DNA of 53,691 nucleotides from Candidatus Colimorpha merdihippi (GTDB lineage: Bacteria > Bacteroidota > Bacteroidia > Bacteroidales > P3). Numbering within the stretch: position 1 is the first letter of the stretch; each line of letters opens with the position of its first letter. The DNA lies in contig JAGHRY010000035.1 of assembly GCA_018066145.1 (NCBI GenBank), positions 1 to 53,691 on the forward strand, given 5' to 3'. The notes beneath the pieces are model-generated. The model ran no database searches. It worked only from the letters and a program-made list of their open reading frames with translations, and was not told where the DNA came from. Made by a program: the position numbers and the translations under genes. This document shows, piece after piece, positions 39,501 to 46,759 of this stretch.

Positions 39501-41083
39501 GCCCTCTCGGTATCGGTAAGTTCTGCCAGCTCAGCAAAATCGTTCACGTCTTCGATGGCCTGTTGATTCTCCGGATTGTCCATAATGGTATCCATCTGAA
39601 TCTTGAAGGAAGAATCAACTCGTTCATACAGAGACTCGATACAAGTTGCTACCTTCCGTGCGCTTCTGTCGCATCCTTCATTGAGGTAATGGAGGAACAG
39701 CAGTGCAGCCTGCTCTTGCTTTTTCTTGTCGTTATTTCTCTCGCTCAAAAGGGTTTCAAAGTTCTGAGCAGCGAGGTCAACGTATTCTTCTTTTACGTCA
39801 AGCTTAACGAGCCATTTCTTGAAAGTCTTGACAGATTCTCCTACCTTGATGTTGATGGGGGCAAAGTAGTCCCAGTCAATCAAGCAGTCTCCACCGACGC
39901 CAATAAGATACTCAATAGGGTTCCTGGCTTGGTCTACGTACTTGCCATCAAGATGCACGGTTGCGTTGTCGCCGTCGAAGTCAGCATTGAAAGCCTTAAC
40001 AGCCAACGGGTGCAGACGAATACCGTCTCCGTAATGGCAACGAAGGATACGAGCCTGGAAAGACTGAGGATCAGAAGTAGGGTTCTTGGTTACGGTAGCC
40101 CACAAAGCAACAGTATCGAGTGCCTGCTTGAACTCAGTAATAGACTCCGTTGCAATCTCTTCATACGTAAACTCATCTTCCGTAAAGGTTCGCAATGGGG
40201 TTTCTGCGTTCCGGTTGTACGCTTCGATTACCTTGTTAAGACGGTACACAATCTTGTTACCAGGCTGCTGGAGTGCCATCAAGAGCCAGTTTGAACCAAT
40301 GGAAACATCCATCAGTCCAATCTTAGTGTCAGGTATTGCTACGAGCTGACCGCTAAGATTGTTGCCGTTAGGAATCGTAGACCTGTTATCGACCTCGCTC
40401 TTAATCTTTTTCATGTGCCACTTGGTTGCTCGCGACCCACGCTTGCGACCGAGAGTTTGGTCTAACGGCTTTTCTATCTTGTCATAGAGGCCCTTAGTCT
40501 TAACACTGGTAAGCTCTTCTTTTGCGCGCTTTTTTGAATCCTTAGGGTCGCTAGGACTCTGTGCAGCGGCAATCTTGTTCGGATTTCTGCGCTTAGTGGT
40601 GCTAGGTTTAGCAGACTTCTTCCCTTGAGTTTTTGCCGTTTCCGGAAGATTCGGCTTCTCGACCTCAACAATGTCGGCTCCCTTGATGGCTTCTTGGGCC
40701 GGAGCCGCCGGCGCTTCAGCAGCGGTGTCCTGCATGTCAGACAGCTTAGGTCTTACGTATCCGCTTGCGCTCTGCTGCTGCTGACCATTCTTAGATGCAG
40801 AGAAGGCCACCGTTTTGGGGGTGGCCTTCATGGTGTCAGCTGAGTCAGACAGAGACGCCAAGCTAGGCTTTTCATAGGTAGTGTCAGCAACCACAGGCGG
40901 GACTTTTTCAGTTACCACAGGTGCTTGTTCGGTCTGCTCCTGTTCGGTATTGGTAACAATAACGTCCTTAGAGTAACCGCCTGTCTTACCTTGTAGTGGT
41001 TGTTCCTCGGTTACACCATCTGCTGCTTGCCGTTGAGCCTCTAGGCTCTTTTGCTTTGCTTGAAGTTCTGCGACGTTTGGCAT
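33581..41083 (-). CDS. Giant single-chain RNA polymerase candidate with beta-prime-type DPBB (2,500 aa)
   Basis: RLHPLAVKAFNADFDGDNATVHL is encoded at 39961-40020. The upstream half-barrel SGQLVAIPDTKIGLMDVSIGSNWLLMAL is at about 40255-40375. TAATG-coupled to the 729-aa ORF. Confidence 0.7.
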   Translation of the reverse strand: MPNVAELQAKQKSLEAQRQAADGVTEEQPLQGKTGGYSKDVIVTNTEQEQTEQAPVVTEKVPPVVADTTYEKPSLASLSDSADTMKATPKTVAFSASKNGQQQQSASGYVRPKLSDMQDTAAEAPAAPAQEAIKGADIVEVEKPNLPETAKTQGKKSAKPSTTKRRNPNKIAAAQSPSDPKDSKKRAKEELTSVKTKGLYDKIEKPLDQTLGRKRGSRATKWHMKKIKSEVDNRSTIPNGNNLSGQLVAIPDTKIGLMDVSIGSNWLLMALQQPGNKIVYRLNKVIEAYNRNAETPLRTFTEDEFTYEEIATESITEFKQALDTVALWATVTKNPTSDPQSFQARILRCHYGDGIRLHPLAVKAFNADFDGDNATVHLDGKYVDQARNPIEYLIGVGGDCLIDWDYFAPINIKVGESVKTFKKWLVKLDVKEEYVDLAAQNFETLLSERNNDKKKQEQAALLFLHYLNEGCDRSARKVATCIESLYERVDSSFKIQMDTIMDNPENQQAIEDVNDFAELAELTDTERAQWKLAAQATTGTLGANWGEFLVSHALELEDDPKGAVQFRQTASIMKSIKRNPSLFVGEDGMYKSAAMTTIGLMAEAASAKTFDTTKLKKSERKRNFIIHDPKYGCGLPNDPKYNGEPAEFFKAFANAWNEYISRADLASKSLDVNLSVIEGTDMKQINITLSKDGKLLTKNNEFVKPFLDVYGDYSFGTIIGDKLINGIHFAGESTLKKKTRNGEQFDSLPYDSSLYIKNKGKKNETPELYVAHIYKHKTIREFAYKNHFNFSTNRKHKSRDNIVGNGVDGWVDFILSLADSRTSAAADYEKVSVQAFASMKNILERYRSVRNSLDDTSMQNVHVLSRKYVDVLAGTHPDMFAYYNMDNPVGFEKSYYGQAMLRGYDLDSIRMAMVYDWRTMRIAKLSQQIAECESEEQQAVLEQYLANEQAVLKSSSDTWEILASLTDEQFRAFCHRIKGGAKTLRRMSLSMEPLATSCTPEMIGNWETLDDFMLDVTVPGKTKRLIIKDLVIDHGGWIKMHENSVLYELELDPASNYAGTNIVGWEEASGIGLKSAMDVLSPYKNKKGEINEHPFVFKNEDGEPDFDEFEKALNNIRMFPRRLQAVSEDIWADATASTAFPTYSESEKSQQQEQQEHLYTALANNKIGGFIQEIESGDDFVMEQVGYDRLTKRDLINVLVFDQVLQTYDDYGNPCILSRSALGIESDADLFTVLQEYPQLCNLFVATSAYIDKKGRVKYAANTEKRWTRQEEAFQIMTDHPGFNGMCHLLFKHDNIGRGGMKTNIIKAKDQLIETLAAIDLDNPALPDLKLPDRTKSKLNELVLKYAAEVQEVYKRGSSEADWSWAEVDDASVAVFWKCVDTHNGAKTSISTGNEGVMTKQFSLIQLLMPFSPDCYLKVDANTDEEVRQRLVGSPTSEGVSYDGQSEAIVYAPNEEFTDPLLRIMRKGKDTSPMITSSSNFFILKRKDSSEKNNLKIKKTSDDGTDSISKRGRFDLNESSFESWMFNEDPNNPGVATIWWNMLNQGVDPELAIEKVRSMYAKRMMAANEKLGYKSMQLEHYMNLARWIVVPQIETDEETGEEYPSFCIRSLRQISSRLNTTVAATLPDLSEVKNNKDAAEVMNDVLDLMVTEADATGMTGEADAWGIVLSVPCFVSMREQTKYGAKDKRVSSFERNYNLIQRLAEQNGELEIMTPKQLSSLSTRLKDEYKKKNTSDVGIGFGYKMVGYVTADSYEVHKVPGITNVVLIGSDASPESIDRAFKEAFEAGTSLLFEDDNVLGVWMKRYPDFAGYVVEQMGNSVYNGVPCFDMILNGFGTCTSASWNGDPSNLTLVCEDAHGRNPYADAGAFGTESFGDKVHFNSAGTRKAGTAWTDNVQTMFMDTLDSSDGHGSDHSMWRAKYEVCTVEDIEHIAYGDPDTINIDFRVNEANNLASAVIKKNTKLINAFLDKWSKNPDQAFLEEGRPGECIGFAKVTLTDPYNSAIKEVYYAPIIPFPEYKHTSRDVPIKYKVTDLAFDDANSSISMEWSNTASMKDRFFKFFEGFCAANKTMMFTRWIKDHALSDGTNVDVFVAEATTSGRRLGSNRRRDTMLTMMGMTFKNDRWRYNIAEHEGFLPLDAELKKELLAGRVDPKRFDSVTQFHTDPDLDAWMKQVVKRLRKINVNPSDFFANKYEVDGVQKRANNFFEWEMMMEMSIEWQDGFLRFFNTMMPQFCPENTDDGSMNHLFRCCQDAGKNNLVMQMQVEWKEGNKPGYTWENIYASWGFFSEDNSMTTRPGLSAAQMEFLSLQMMLHGGQGTPMDFVTALRYAVSGTAPDSVRHKLLRKFEMVDAPDESFGASDQKTERTTKAEPRHRVTEATDLGFEFGQVDKMVKDWINGEDGEAIFLRPSQDLDAFLANGAYTLKPWVNYEYRTRVYVARRLNEARDEVNKKKSRRRFTPEDDFVCKVRNAVFSKLGLNEQVGQAAQERVLTAYKGSSSVV

Positions 41084-43272
41084 TAGATATTCGTCCTGTT
41101 CTTCTCGTGGTTTACAATCCTTTGCACGTCAGGTGAAAGCACCTTATAACTTGGTTCTGGGGTATCATACCCGAGTTCATATTCATGCTTCTGGGCGGCC
41201 CATTCTCCGTTTCTACGGGCTCTTATACCACCGATTCCACCCATCAGGCCACCAAGCAATCCGCCACCAAGCAATCCCTCAGGAACTTGGAGTGCAGCAT
41301 TTCTGAGCCTCTTGTTAACCGGAGTGTCTTCGTTGACCTCGCCGGTGTAGAATCCGTTTTCGTCGTAAACATCGTCTGCATACCAGCCTTTTGCGCCGTT
41401 TGATGCGTATTCCCAGGCTGGATTCATGGTAACTTCCTCCATTGCCTCGGATACTCCAGGCTCTACGAAGTGCTTGAACACAGGAGACTTCGACGCTTTA
41501 GGCGCCATCTTCTGCAAGAGTTTTCCATAGACACCGCCGCCATTTGCACCAACGGAACCTAACGTTGATTCTCCGACTGCGGAAGCAAGATAAGCTGCTG
41601 GTGCTGTAACATATTCACCTACGGGCTCATACTTGTCGTTAGAGCTCTGCATAGGATCGACACCGGCTCCAGACAAGACTGCTCCAGTCGCCATGTTCGC
41701 TAACTGAGTAGGCGGAGTGAACCAGCTGGCAGACTGAGTAAACAAGTCAGCAATCTGTTCCAGTCCAATGTTGACACCGCTAATGTCTCCATCGTCGTTG
41801 TACTCCACCAAACCAGGAGTAGCGTAAGAAGCTCGTCCGAATGGAGACCATCTGACATTACTGCCCGAGTTCTCTATATACTCGTTCTGCTCCTCCTTTG
41901 TTTTTTTGGGGTTGATTCTGTTGAGTAGGCTGGGGTCCTTGGTGTAATTAGCTAGTTCGTTGAAGTTAATCTTATGCCCAAGGATGTCAAGCGGTTTAAA
42001 TTTAACTTGGAACAGCTCGTCGTAGCTTCGACCGTCTTCAGTGTCGTAGCCAGCCGGTACAGAAGAACCGTCTTCCAGTTGTACATAAATCATTCCGCTG
42101 TATGGATCGGTAACAATATCCATGATAGAGTTACCGTCGAAGGTGTAGCCGGTTTCTTTACAGGTAACATCGCTCTCTTTGAGAGCGAACATGTCACCAT
42201 TGGCTTCTTTCATCATGTCGGACAGGCGATTGAGTTCCTTCTCAATAGCTTCATCAACTTCTTCTACGCTGCGCACCTCGCCATCAAGGTTAACCGTAGA
42301 AAGCTTCTCAGTTGCCTTGGAACGAATGTCGCCAATACCTCTTATAAGTTGGTTGTAGGCATCCGATGCATCGACAGCTGCTCGTCTAAACATTGTTTCT
42401 TGGTCTGGAACGTAGGACTGATAACCGTATTCGGCTTCAAGTTCTGTCTTACTTAACACGTCATCGTCGTCAACGTAAGCCAAACCCTTGACCATATCGT
42501 CCAGACCTTGCTTCTCTGCTTGCTTCTTAGCCTCAGCACCAGTGATAAACGGGCTCGTCCTGTTTGAATAGGTGTTTGTTCCGTTGTCAATGGCGTCTAA
42601 TCCGGTCTTACTAAGGTCGGGAGCAGCCGAGAAGTTCTCAACCTTACTAGCGTCGCCCATAAGATAGCCACCATCGCCCTGCCATGCCTCGGTCATAGGC
42701 TTCTTAATGTCCTCACCGAAGTATTTTCCCCAATCAAAGTCGCCATTTCCGCGTCTTCCAAGGGTAGAATTAGGTGCAATGATGTCGGTGTTAAGCTGTT
42801 CCTCTCCCTGAAGCTGTCCGAGGTCGTTAACCCAGACGTCTTCTTCCTCTTCTTCGTCGTACTGTTCAACGGGTCTGGCCTCACGCGGCGCTGGCTGAGG
42901 TGCGGGAGCCCCGTAATCTACCAAAAAACCTCCATCTCCCACCATTTGCCCTGGGGAATCGGGGTTTTCGGCTTCTGTTTCTTGCTGGAAACTGGTAGAC
43001 TCCATCTCAGATGGCTCGTTTGGGGTACCTTGTATTACATTTTGACTATAGTTTGTACCCCAATTTGGCTGATTATAGGACTGTTGACTAGGCTGAACCG
43101 GGGGTTCTTGGTTTTGCTGGTAATACAGCAGGTCAACGGCTGCCTCATTAGCTGCGACGTCGTCGGCATGACCAGAACCTTCCAGAATCTGGCGGTTGAT
43201 GTCCTTAATCTTGTCCAGGCCGTAACTCTGTTGGCCAATATCCGGAACAGAAGCGGGATCAAATCCTGCCAT
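41083..43272 (-). CDS. Large internal virion / ejection protein candidate (729 aa)
   Basis: RBS GGAAGGAG. C-terminal glycine-zipper segment LLGGGLLGGLMGGIGGI. Confidence 0.5.
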   Translation of the reverse strand: MAGFDPASVPDIGQQSYGLDKIKDINRQILEGSGHADDVAANEAAVDLLYYQQNQEPPVQPSQQSYNQPNWGTNYSQNVIQGTPNEPSEMESTSFQQETEAENPDSPGQMVGDGGFLVDYGAPAPQPAPREARPVEQYDEEEEEDVWVNDLGQLQGEEQLNTDIIAPNSTLGRRGNGDFDWGKYFGEDIKKPMTEAWQGDGGYLMGDASKVENFSAAPDLSKTGLDAIDNGTNTYSNRTSPFITGAEAKKQAEKQGLDDMVKGLAYVDDDDVLSKTELEAEYGYQSYVPDQETMFRRAAVDASDAYNQLIRGIGDIRSKATEKLSTVNLDGEVRSVEEVDEAIEKELNRLSDMMKEANGDMFALKESDVTCKETGYTFDGNSIMDIVTDPYSGMIYVQLEDGSSVPAGYDTEDGRSYDELFQVKFKPLDILGHKINFNELANYTKDPSLLNRINPKKTKEEQNEYIENSGSNVRWSPFGRASYATPGLVEYNDDGDISGVNIGLEQIADLFTQSASWFTPPTQLANMATGAVLSGAGVDPMQSSNDKYEPVGEYVTAPAAYLASAVGESTLGSVGANGGGVYGKLLQKMAPKASKSPVFKHFVEPGVSEAMEEVTMNPAWEYASNGAKGWYADDVYDENGFYTGEVNEDTPVNKRLRNAALQVPEGLLGGGLLGGLMGGIGGIRARRNGEWAAQKHEYELGYDTPEPSYKVLSPDVQRIVNHEKNRTNI

Positions 43273-43309
43273 AAGTGCTCCTTCCTACAGAGTTCCTACT
43301 TATAGTATA

Positions 43310-43984
43310 TCATTCTAATGCCTTTTGTACCCATGGAGAGAGCGTAATCTCTTCCTCCTGGACTTCAAGTTCGACCTTGGTCTTGCGACCACCGGCACGC
43401 TCCAGAATCATGCGCATAGCGTTGTCCCTGAGCTGCTTCTTGGTGTCCGAGGGCTTCTTCTTGCACCCTTCAATCTCATCCCAGTAGATGTCCTCGCAAG
43501 CAATGTCGTACAAAGCTTTCGCCAACGCCATCATTACAGAGTCATCAGGGTGGACCTTTAGCTGATCGGCTTCATTCATTTCCATCAGTTCCCCTACGGC
43601 GTCTGCAAAGCTCGTTCGGTAGAACTGTACCTCAGAGTCCTTGGGAAGCCCGCCGTCCACCCTGTTGATGATGGTCTGTATACAGCGAATATCGCTGTTA
43701 AAGATGGCGTCGGTAAACAGTCTACAGACTAAAAAGCCAGCGGCATTGTTGTATCCATGGTTGAAAGCCCAGGTGATAAACTTCCTGTTAGTACCTTCCT
43801 GGATTGCAACGACATCACCTATCGGTTGCTGGGCCATTAGTTCGATTAAGTCATCAAGACTCTCGCCCTTGAACGCCCTCGGTTCCTGATACCCTGGGGC
43901 GCCTCGGAGTAATTCCTTTTGGGTCCTCGCTGGCAAGATGGACGAAGGTACGGGCGTTTGTCGCTGATCCTGTTTTTCTTGCAT
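43310..43984 (-). CDS. Hypothetical protein (224 aa)
   Basis: RBS AAGGATGGAG. Its start lies 131 nt inside the upstream ORF. Confidence 0.6.
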   Translation of the reverse strand: MQEKQDQRQTPVPSSILPARTQKELLRGAPGYQEPRAFKGESLDDLIELMAQQPIGDVVAIQEGTNRKFITWAFNHGYNNAAGFLVCRLFTDAIFNSDIRCIQTIINRVDGGLPKDSEVQFYRTSFADAVGELMEMNEADQLKVHPDDSVMMALAKALYDIACEDIYWDEIEGCKKKPSDTKKQLRDNAMRMILERAGGRKTKVELEVQEEEITLSPWVQKALE

Positions 43985-44456
43985 TGAGCTCCATCCTTAG
44001 CTTTACTGACAAAGGACGCCTCTCAAACGTCCCATACTTAGAAATGTGGTAACATCTTGCTATCTTTTTGCCGTTTATCGTAGTGGCTCCGGTCACTTTT
44101 GCCGCATAGAAGTTCAGAAGACGATTCAATTTCTTGCACAACGCGCCATCTTTTGCCTCCGGTGGGCGCCCAAACATCCAAGTGAAAACCAAGTCGCAGG
44201 AAGTTCGGTACCCATTCTTGCTCTTAGACCTTGAACGCATAGCAAGGAAGTATTCCCTCAGCTTCTTTTCCAACAGATACAGCTCTTCGTCGCAATAGTT
44301 CTCCCAGAGTTCCGCATCTGTTAGGTCAGCAGGCAGTTGAAAGCCTGGATTTGCGTCCAAAAGCTCCTGAACACGGTTGTGATGGGTAACATATTCGTCG
44401 CGTTCCGTCTGTTTTTCCAGTGTTTCAATGGTAAGTTCTGTGAAATCTAATGCCAT
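43854..44456 (-). CDS. Hypothetical protein (200 aa)
   Basis: Internal ATG of the listed ORF, preceded by AAGGAG. The last about 43 codons overlap the next gene out of frame. Confidence 0.55.
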   Translation of the reverse strand: MALDFTELTIETLEKQTERDEYVTHHNRVQELLDANPGFQLPADLTDAELWENYCDEELYLLEKKLREYFLAMRSRSKSKNGYRTSCDLVFTWMFGRPPEAKDGALCKKLNRLLNFYAAKVTGATTINGKKIARCYHISKYGTFERRPLSVKLRMELNARKTGSATNARTFVHLASEDPKGITPRRPRVSGTEGVQGRES

Positions 44457-44582
44457 ATCAGCTCCTTGTGCTACAATAATAAGTGAGGAAGTTGATATCA
44501 CGCAGCTTCCACCGGGAACGCCCCTTCCACTGGTATCTCACGGCCTGTGGTTGGGGCTTTTTTTGTGCCTATTAACATCCAT

Positions 44583-44612
44583 AAAAAAAGAGGACCCAAA
44601 TTTAGGGCCCTC
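44583..44612 (-). terminator. Rho-independent terminator after the endolysin gene
   Basis: On the minus strand: GAGGGCCC-loop-GGGTCCTC (8 bp including one G-U), followed by TTTTTTT. Confidence 0.7.
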
Positions 44613-44629
44613 ATTGTCGCTATGTGCTA

Positions 44630-45631
44630 CTACAGCAGCTCGTTCACGCGGGCCTGCACGCGGTCATACAGGTCTCCAAGGGCGTCACGACGGGCCTGAC
44701 CGTTGCCATAGTCACCATTGATGACCTTCCAAGCGAGGGTATCAATGTCAACAGACGTGGAACCGCCGCCTCCACCGCAGCCGAGCATCTCGTTTACTCG
44801 GGCCTGAACGGCGTCGTACTTGCTTCCCAGTGCTGCCTTGCGGGCGTCGCCGTTGCCGAACTCGCCGTTGATAACTCGGCGCGCCAGGTCGTCGATGTCA
44901 GTCGCTGGTGTCGGAGAAGGTGCGTGAGAACCGCCGCCAACACCAAGCATCTCGTTCACACGAGCCTGTACTGCATCATACTTATCACCAAGCGCTGCCT
45001 TGCGGGCGTCGCCGTTACCGAACTCGCCATTGATTACTCGCTGTGCGAGGTCGTCGATAGAGCCGCTCGGAGTAGGTGCGGGAGCAGGAGTTGGTGCCGG
45101 TGCGGGAGCAGACCCGCCACCAGAGCCGATACCGAAGATAGCAAGGTAGCGGTCGGCAAGGTAACCGATGTTGGCATTGAAGGTAGCAACGTCGCCAGCA
45201 TCGGAGATAAAGCCGTTCTCAACCAGGCGGTAGTTGATACCACGCTGACGAGCAACATTCGGATTACGGAGGTCGCCACGCTCAACAATGAGGTTAGAAC
45301 GTCCCGGGAAGACCTCTCGCATAAGGTCTGCAATGGCGTTGTCATAGCCATCTGCACCTCCGCAGTTGGAAGGGATGATTACATGGCCACCTCTTGCACC
45401 AGGACTTGCGGAATCCATGTGAAGCTCAAGGACGGGGCAACCGGGGTTGATCCAGTCCATACCACCGGAGCCGTAGCAATCCTGGTCATAGGGCCAATGG
45501 TCAACCTCACCGCCACCGCGGGCAACGATTTCCTGGGCCAATGCGACTACGCGCTCATGCTCCTGGTATCCGTTACCGCAAGCTCCGGTGTCGCCTCCGC
45601 CGTGACCTGCGATTACATATAGCTTAGTCAT
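44630..45631 (-). CDS. Endolysin: N-acetylmuramoyl-L-alanine amidase plus three CW_7 repeats
   Basis: The N-terminal YVIAGHGGGDTGA..ELHMDS.. is Amidase_3-like. Then three copies of IDxLAxxVINGxxGNGxARxxALGxxYDxVQARVNEML (Cpl-7-type repeat) are separated by Gly/Pro-rich linkers. Confidence 0.8.
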   Translation of the reverse strand: MTKLYVIAGHGGGDTGACGNGYQEHERVVALAQEIVARGGGEVDHWPYDQDCYGSGGMDWINPGCPVLELHMDSASPGARGGHVIIPSNCGGADGYDNAIADLMREVFPGRSNLIVERGDLRNPNVARQRGINYRLVENGFISDAGDVATFNANIGYLADRYLAIFGIGSGGGSAPAPAPTPAPAPTPSGSIDDLAQRVINGEFGNGDARKAALGDKYDAVQARVNEMLGVGGGSHAPSPTPATDIDDLARRVINGEFGNGDARKAALGSKYDAVQARVNEMLGCGGGGGSTSVDIDTLAWKVINGDYGNGQARRDALGDLYDRVQARVNELL

Positions 45632-45890
45632 TTGCTACCTCCTCGGCGGCTTCGATCTTATCCTTCTTGTCCTCAAGCTTAACCATATCGGTTGCAAGCT
45701 GTCCGACCTGGGCTGCCTTGGTGAAATTATGGTTCTTCCAGGCTGCATACGCGGTGAAGATGGCGATGGCAACGCCACTGATGATGGTCGTCAGGACCTC
45801 GGTGTCGATGGCCGTACCGAAGAAGTACAGACCTACGTTAGCTACGATAAGAACAATCGCGCTAATACTTGCTTTCAGTGCTTCGGGCAT
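45624..45890 (-). CDS. Holin-like protein (88 aa, two TM segments, charged C-terminus)
   Basis: RBS AAAGGA. Two hydrophobic helices followed by KLEDKKDKIEAAEEVAND. Overlaps the endolysin start by 8 nt. Confidence 0.6.
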   Translation of the reverse strand: MPEALKASISAIVLIVANVGLYFFGTAIDTEVLTTIISGVAIAIFTAYAAWKNHNFTKAAQVGQLATDMVKLEDKKDKIEAAEEVAND

Positions 45891-46196
45891 TTAATTCATC
45901 CTTTCTATCAGGTATTCTTCCAGCTGTCGCTGGTCCTTCCTTAGTTGCTCGGTGTGGTTTCCGTCCAGAATATGTCCCAAGAGGTTGCCGATCGCTGCCA
46001 TCTGGTACTTATTCTGCACACCTAAGTCGTCGATTTTCCTTTCCAGGTTCTTGAATTCATTAGCGGCTTCGCACGTCGCGTATGAGTGCTCCAGCTCCTC
46101 GTTGTGTCCTAGCTTCCACCGGTCGTATGCGATGTCCACTAACTTTACCAGCAAGGAGGAGCCTAGAGCTACCGCTATCAAGGTTCCTAAATCCAT
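45891..46196 (-). CDS. Membrane-anchored coiled-coil protein (101 aa)
   Basis: Internal ATG of listed ORF 45891..46379, preceded by GAGGAGGA. N-terminal TM MDLGTLIAVALGSSLLV. Abuts the holin start. Confidence 0.5.
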   Translation of the reverse strand: MDLGTLIAVALGSSLLVKLVDIAYDRWKLGHNEELEHSYATCEAANEFKNLERKIDDLGVQNKYQMAAIGNLLGHILDGNHTEQLRKDQRQLEEYLIERMN

Positions 46197-46719
46197 CCCT
46201 TCCGTCCTCCTCTCGGGGCTTCTTGAATGGGAGAGCTGGCTGTCCGGGCTCAAGCCTGATACTAGTTGGATCAATTTGTTCAGGCTGGTACATCCATGGC
46301 AGCTTTTCTCCAGGTTCCAATAGGTCCGACAGTTGGCTTGGTTGCCAACCATGAGCAAGCGCATAGGCACATATCTCACTTAATAGTTTATCATGTTGCT
46401 TACGCTCAAGGGCCTTTTCTAGCTGCCATACTTTGTCTAGGTGCTTCTTCTTGTATGCTCGTTGACGGGCATGGAGTGCATCATCAGCACGCTTGTCATG
46501 CTCCAAATACTCTTCCTTGGTCATTGCGCACTCGCTACTGCAAGCGTAGGGTTCATTTGGCGGTCTGTAATACTCACTGAAATAGAAGTCAAAAGGCTGC
46601 ATCCCATACAGTTGTGCTCGCCAATATAGGTTTGTTAGTTTTGACTTAGGCCAGGTCCAGTTGATTTCATTCCATAGTTCCCGGCGCCAATCAGTCTTGA
46701 AGGTACGGGTATCAATCAT
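46060..46719 (-). CDS. Hypothetical protein (219 aa)
   Basis: Internal ATG (MIDTRTF..) preceded by TAGGAGA. The 3' 137 nt overlap the next gene out of frame. Confidence 0.5.
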   Translation of the reverse strand: MIDTRTFKTDWRRELWNEINWTWPKSKLTNLYWRAQLYGMQPFDFYFSEYYRPPNEPYACSSECAMTKEEYLEHDKRADDALHARQRAYKKKHLDKVWQLEKALERKQHDKLLSEICAYALAHGWQPSQLSDLLEPGEKLPWMYQPEQIDPTSIRLEPGQPALPFKKPREEDGRDGFRNLDSGSSRLLLAGKVSGHRIRPVEARTQRGAGALIRDVRSR

Positions 46720-46759
46720 AGTTCTCCTATCGAAATCTTGACAACAAGATTGTACCACA

